A stretch of DNA of 64,000 bases from Vicugna vicugna. Taxonomy: Eukaryota. Below, one piece after another: positions 60,040 through 64,000 of this stretch. The stretch covers positions 248,001 through 312,000 of the forward strand of contig MU058241.1 of assembly GCA_013265495.1 (NCBI GenBank). The letters run 5' to 3'. Each line of letters starts with the position of its first letter. Position 1 is the first letter of the stretch. A program made the translations under genes and the position numbers. The notes beneath the pieces were generated by a model that did not search any database, was not told the origin of the DNA, and saw nothing but the letters and a program-made list of their open reading frames with translations.

Positions 60040-62900
60040 TTTACATAGGTAAAGTTAACAATGTTTTATTTTCTTTTATGTCTTACTGATTTTGTATACA
60101 AGTAAAAAGACTTCCTCTCTTCCCAGTTTATGAAGATATTTAGTGGTGTTATCCTCTAGCACTTTTATGGTTTAATAATTTTAGGCTTAAATTTTTGATA
60201 CATTTGGAATCCATCCTATTGTGTGGTGTGAAGTATGGATCCAATATCTCATGGTAAACCCATGTCTCAACATTATTTATCAAAGACTTCTTTTTTCTCT
60301 ATTAATTTGACACGCCACCTTTATCATGTACTAAATCCCCTTATGTATTCAGTCTATGCCTGGACTTTGTGTTTAGTCATGAATCAGTCTCTTCATAAGC
60401 CAGAAGCCGTCTGTGGCTACATAATATATTTTAATACCTGATAGGGCCTGGGCTCTCTTTGTTTTTCTGGATTAAAGTTTTCCTGGGTGTTCTGTTTATT
60501 TTGCACAAAGCCATCAGAATCATCTTGTCTAATTACTCTCACCGCTGTGTCCTCCTGCCCCAACCAAAGTTGGTATTTTTATTGGGATGTTAAATTTGTA
60601 AACAACATAGGGTGGGCTGACATCTTTATAATAATGAGCCTTCCTTGCCAAGAGCACGATGTGTATTTCCATCTATTCAAACCTCTTTTATGTCTCTCCA
60701 CGGAATTGTAAAGTTTCCTTCCAATAGGTGATCATGTTTCTGTGTGTTCCTAGATGTTTTACCTTTCACTGCTATTGTATAATCATTTCAGTCAATATTT
60801 TTCTAAGCTCTTTAAAAATATAGATTAAAGCTTTTGATTTTTGACTATTAATCTTGTGATCCATTGTGTTACCAAGTTCTCTTTAGTTTGTCATAGTTTG
60901 TTGGTTTGTTTCCATACCTTTTCCTGGTGTACAGTCATACCTGCAAATAAGGATGAGTTACCTTTGCTCTTAAACTTTATATTTAGCGTTTTTCTCTTAT
61001 ATAATTGAATTGGTTAATACCTCCAGTAAAATATATAGTAGAAGTGTCAGGGGCAGATGTTTCTTTTTCATTGCCATTAATATTTAGACAAACTTTATTA
61101 TATTTTATTAAGTTAGAGGATATCCCTCTATTTCTAGTTGAGTTCTTTTGATCAAGAATGATGATGGACTTTTGGAATATGCCCTTTTCAGTGTCTGTAG
61201 AGATGATCATTTAATTTTTCTGTGTGGATGCCTAATGTTTAACTATCCTTCTATTTCTGGGAGAAAATATGCTCGATCATGTATTTTTTCATTAACCTGC
61301 TGTTGGATTCTGGTGCTAATACTTCATTGAAATTTTTGCATTAATGTTTACAATTGTAAGTTATTTACAATTTATAATATTTATAATTACAATACTTAAC
61401 AATTTATAATATTTACCATTGCAATATCAGAATCTTGTATTTCAGGATAAATGTTATATTACACTTTCTAAGAAGAAGTTTGAAGTTTTCCTTCTTCTCT
61501 GCCCAAGAGCAATTCACGTAACTTTGGATTTATGTTTTCTTTAAGGTTTGGCAGAATTTGTCTGTGAGACTCTGCCTGTTGTGGATGTTTTATTATTACT
61601 ATTATTTGGTGAATAGCTCTGTTTTCTGTATTACTTCTACTTCAGTGATCTGCTTTTCTATCTTTTCTTGTCAATTCTGACATTCTGTATTTTCCTAGAA
61701 ATTATTCATTTTCTCCAGGTTTTAAAGTTTGTTTACCGAAGAGTTAAGAAATACTGTTACGATTCTTTTCATTTCCTCTAAATCTGATCATTATTATTTT
61801 TGCTAGTTTTATGTATTTACCTTTTAAAAGGAGGTGAGTAGTTTGTCTTTTATGATATATATATTTTAAAAGCTCTCAAATTGATTTATTAGATGTATTG
61901 TTTTGTGTTTGCAACTAATTTACTTTTTCTCTTTATGAATGCCTTTTGATTTCCTTTGGTTTCTTTCATTATTTTCTTTCTAAGTGTCTGAACATCATGT
62001 TTAAATTATTTGTTTTCAATCTTTCTTAAGGGTAAATATTTAAGACTACACATTTTCTTCTAACATCCCTTTAAGTGCATGATGTAGGATCTTATAATAG
62101 TGGTTTTTATTATCGTTGTTTTCTAGAAATTCTTCATTTCCATTTTGAATTTCCTTTGTGACTAAAGAGTCAAAAGTTGTTTTAAAATTTTTATCTCTAA
62201 ACCCATTTGTTTTTTATTTTTTATTCTGATTTTATTGACAATTTCATTATAGAATGTTTCCTGAACTATTTCTATGTTTTAAAATAAAGTAAGGCCTTAT
62301 TTATGGCATAATATGTGGTCATTTTTTGTGACGCCCCACAGGCAATTGAAAAGATGACTGTTTCCCATGTTTAGGTTGCCAAGGTTGATTGATGTCTTTC
62401 AATCAGATCTACCTCTTTAATTGTATTAATGAGGCCTTCAAAAATATATATATAGTGTGTGTGTATACATATATATGCATGTCTGTGATATTTTGCTGTA
62501 CACCAGAAAATGACACATTGTAACTGGCTGTGCTTCAGTTTAAGAAAAAAGAAAAACAAAATAATAAAACAGGAAGCAAAATTTAAAAAATATATAGATG
62601 CTCTTTCATGAACTGGGAGAGATGAATTGTTATTCCTGACTCCTAGTGTGTTTTTTTTCCTGTAATTTCTATTTTATGAAAGTTACTTATTTGATATGTT
62701 ACTATGTATTTCCTAAGGATCACAATTTTTAGTATTTTGAAGTGCCCTGCCTTGTTTTGTTTATGTTATTTTGTCAAATTGTACACAATATACTATTCAG
62801 ATGGCAAGTTCAGCTTTCTTTTTGTTGTGTACATCTGGTGTTTTGACCAGATTCTTTTATATTCCGCCTTTTTGAAGCACACTGAGTTATGAGTGTGATT
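60040..62900 (-). mobile_element. Ancient L1 (L1M5/L1ME-type) ORF2 remnant, heavily decayed
   Basis: Long T-rich antisense L1 tract; ORF 60983..61210(-) MIISTDTEKG.. echoes the L1 RT motif MIISIDAEKAFDK. Boundaries approximate. Confidence 0.7.
62455..62585 (+). mobile_element. Short L1 3' terminus nested in the ancient L1
   Basis: TTTGCTGTACACCAGAAAATGACACATTGTAACTGGCTGTGCTTCAGTT plus A-rich tail; flanked by AAAAATATATA-type repeats. Confidence 0.7.
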
Positions 62901-62989
62901 GTTAGTAGCTGGGGTCCACATGAAACACGATCCTGCCTGTCAGTGAGCCATGTCTCTTGATACGCACCTCCTGATGTTGTCCCTTTCCC

Positions 62990-63470
62990 TTGATTCTTGA
63001 GGGTTTTGGGCTGGTCCTCGGGCTTGTTTTTGTCTGGTAGGATGTGGTGGAAGTGGTGCTGTATGACTTCCCATGCTGGGTCCAAAGAAGCCGACAGTTT
63101 TCACCTGGGTCCCTTACAGCAGTGCTCCGGGAAAGCCAGCAGTCACATGAGAAGACTGTCCAGAGACTGCCCTGCTGTGAGGATTCCCCAGCTAAGCTGT
63201 GGACGGGCTCCTTGGAGAGAGAAATGCCTGACCAGCCCCTAGTGTTCCACCCTTCCAGATGAGAAACAAGTCATAACAGGGAGAAACCTTCCCCACCTGA
63301 GCCTCCACATGACTTCAGCTCCAGCCACAGTTTGACTACAGCTACATGAAGGACCCCACAAACCTCCCAGTGGAGCCTGGTGTACCTACGGAGCTGTAAA
63401 AAAATAAAGTATGGCATTAAGCCACACGTTTGAAGTTGTGGTCATGCATCAGTAGATTACTGAATCAGTG
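62990..63470 (+). mobile_element. MLT1 (G/H-like) LTR
   Basis: GATGTGGTGGAAGTGGTGCTGTATGACTTCCCATGCTGGGTC..CTCCAGCCACAGTTTGACTACAGCTACATGAAGGACCCC..TTAAGCCAC..AGTAGATTACTGAATCA. Confidence 0.75.
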
Positions 63471-63649
63471 TGCGTTTTAGATGGTTTTGTTTGAAGAATG
63501 TGTTTAGTAAGTGTTAACTCCATATTCATTTATTAATGACTATTAGTATTCTCCCAAGCAATTTTATGTTTTCTGTTTTAACAGCTTTTTAAAAATACAT
63601 GCATTCAGTATGTGGTCTATGTGCTTTGCCTTTGGTGCACACTTTTTAA

Positions 63650-64000
63650 AAATTTGAAGTATAGTTGATTTACAATGTTGTGTTAGTTTCTAGTGTTCAG
63701 CATAGTGATTCAGTTATACATACATACATATATATTTTTTCATTATAGATTATTATAAGCTATTGAATATAGTTCCCTGTGCTATATAGTAAGACCTTGT
63801 TTATCTATTTTATATATAGTAGTTAGTATCAGCTAATCCCATATTCCTAGTTTATCTGTCTTCCCTATTCTCCCCTGGTAACGATAAGTTTGTTTTCTAT
63901 GTGTGTGAGTCTGTTTCTGTTTCATAAATAAGTTCATTTGTGTCATATCACATATAAGTGATATCATATGGTATTTGTCTTTCTCTGACTTACTCAGTAT
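63650..64000 (-). mobile_element. L1 3' UTR, runs off the window end
   Basis: TTGAAGTATAGTTGATTTACAATGTTGTGTTAGTTTC..TTGAATATAGTTCCCTGTGCTATA..ATAAGTGATATCATATGGTATTTGTC. Confidence 0.9.

Noticed and set aside
1..64000. Naming a host gene
   Set aside because: No coding exon could be recognised; the intronic context is only inferred from L1 strand bias.

Overview
This is mammalian non-coding DNA, most likely camelid (alpaca/camel), judging from three tRNA-derived vic-1-like SINEs and cetartiodactyl-type L1 3' UTRs. I found no credible cellular protein-coding exon. The ORF track is noise, apart from decayed L1 ORF2 pieces and ORFs that read through an assembly gap (740 Ns, 14691-15430). The window is dense in interspersed repeats (young and old L1, L2, MIR, MER20/MER33/MER58/MER5A hAT elements, MLT1 and ERVL LTRs). 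Much of the L1 sequence lies on the minus strand, which weakly suggests an intron of an unidentified + strand gene. The most unusual structure is a TSD-flanked L1 3' fragment (13421-14563) that contains a ~630-680 bp near-perfect inverted copy of DNA lying 1.6 kb upstream (~11590-12262). This makes a long inverted repeat and looks like a homology-primed template switch. Other points: nested L1/SINE/LTR insertions, short 3'-transduction-like tags in L1 tails, two nested L1 fragments that both start at a G-quadruplex motif, a probable 5'-inverted (twin-primed) old L1, TSD-flanked tail-only insertions and a 6x28 bp minisatellite. Repeat family names come from my recognition of consensus motifs, not from a database search. 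I see no evidence for a new gene system; the novelties are structural and retrotransposition-related.
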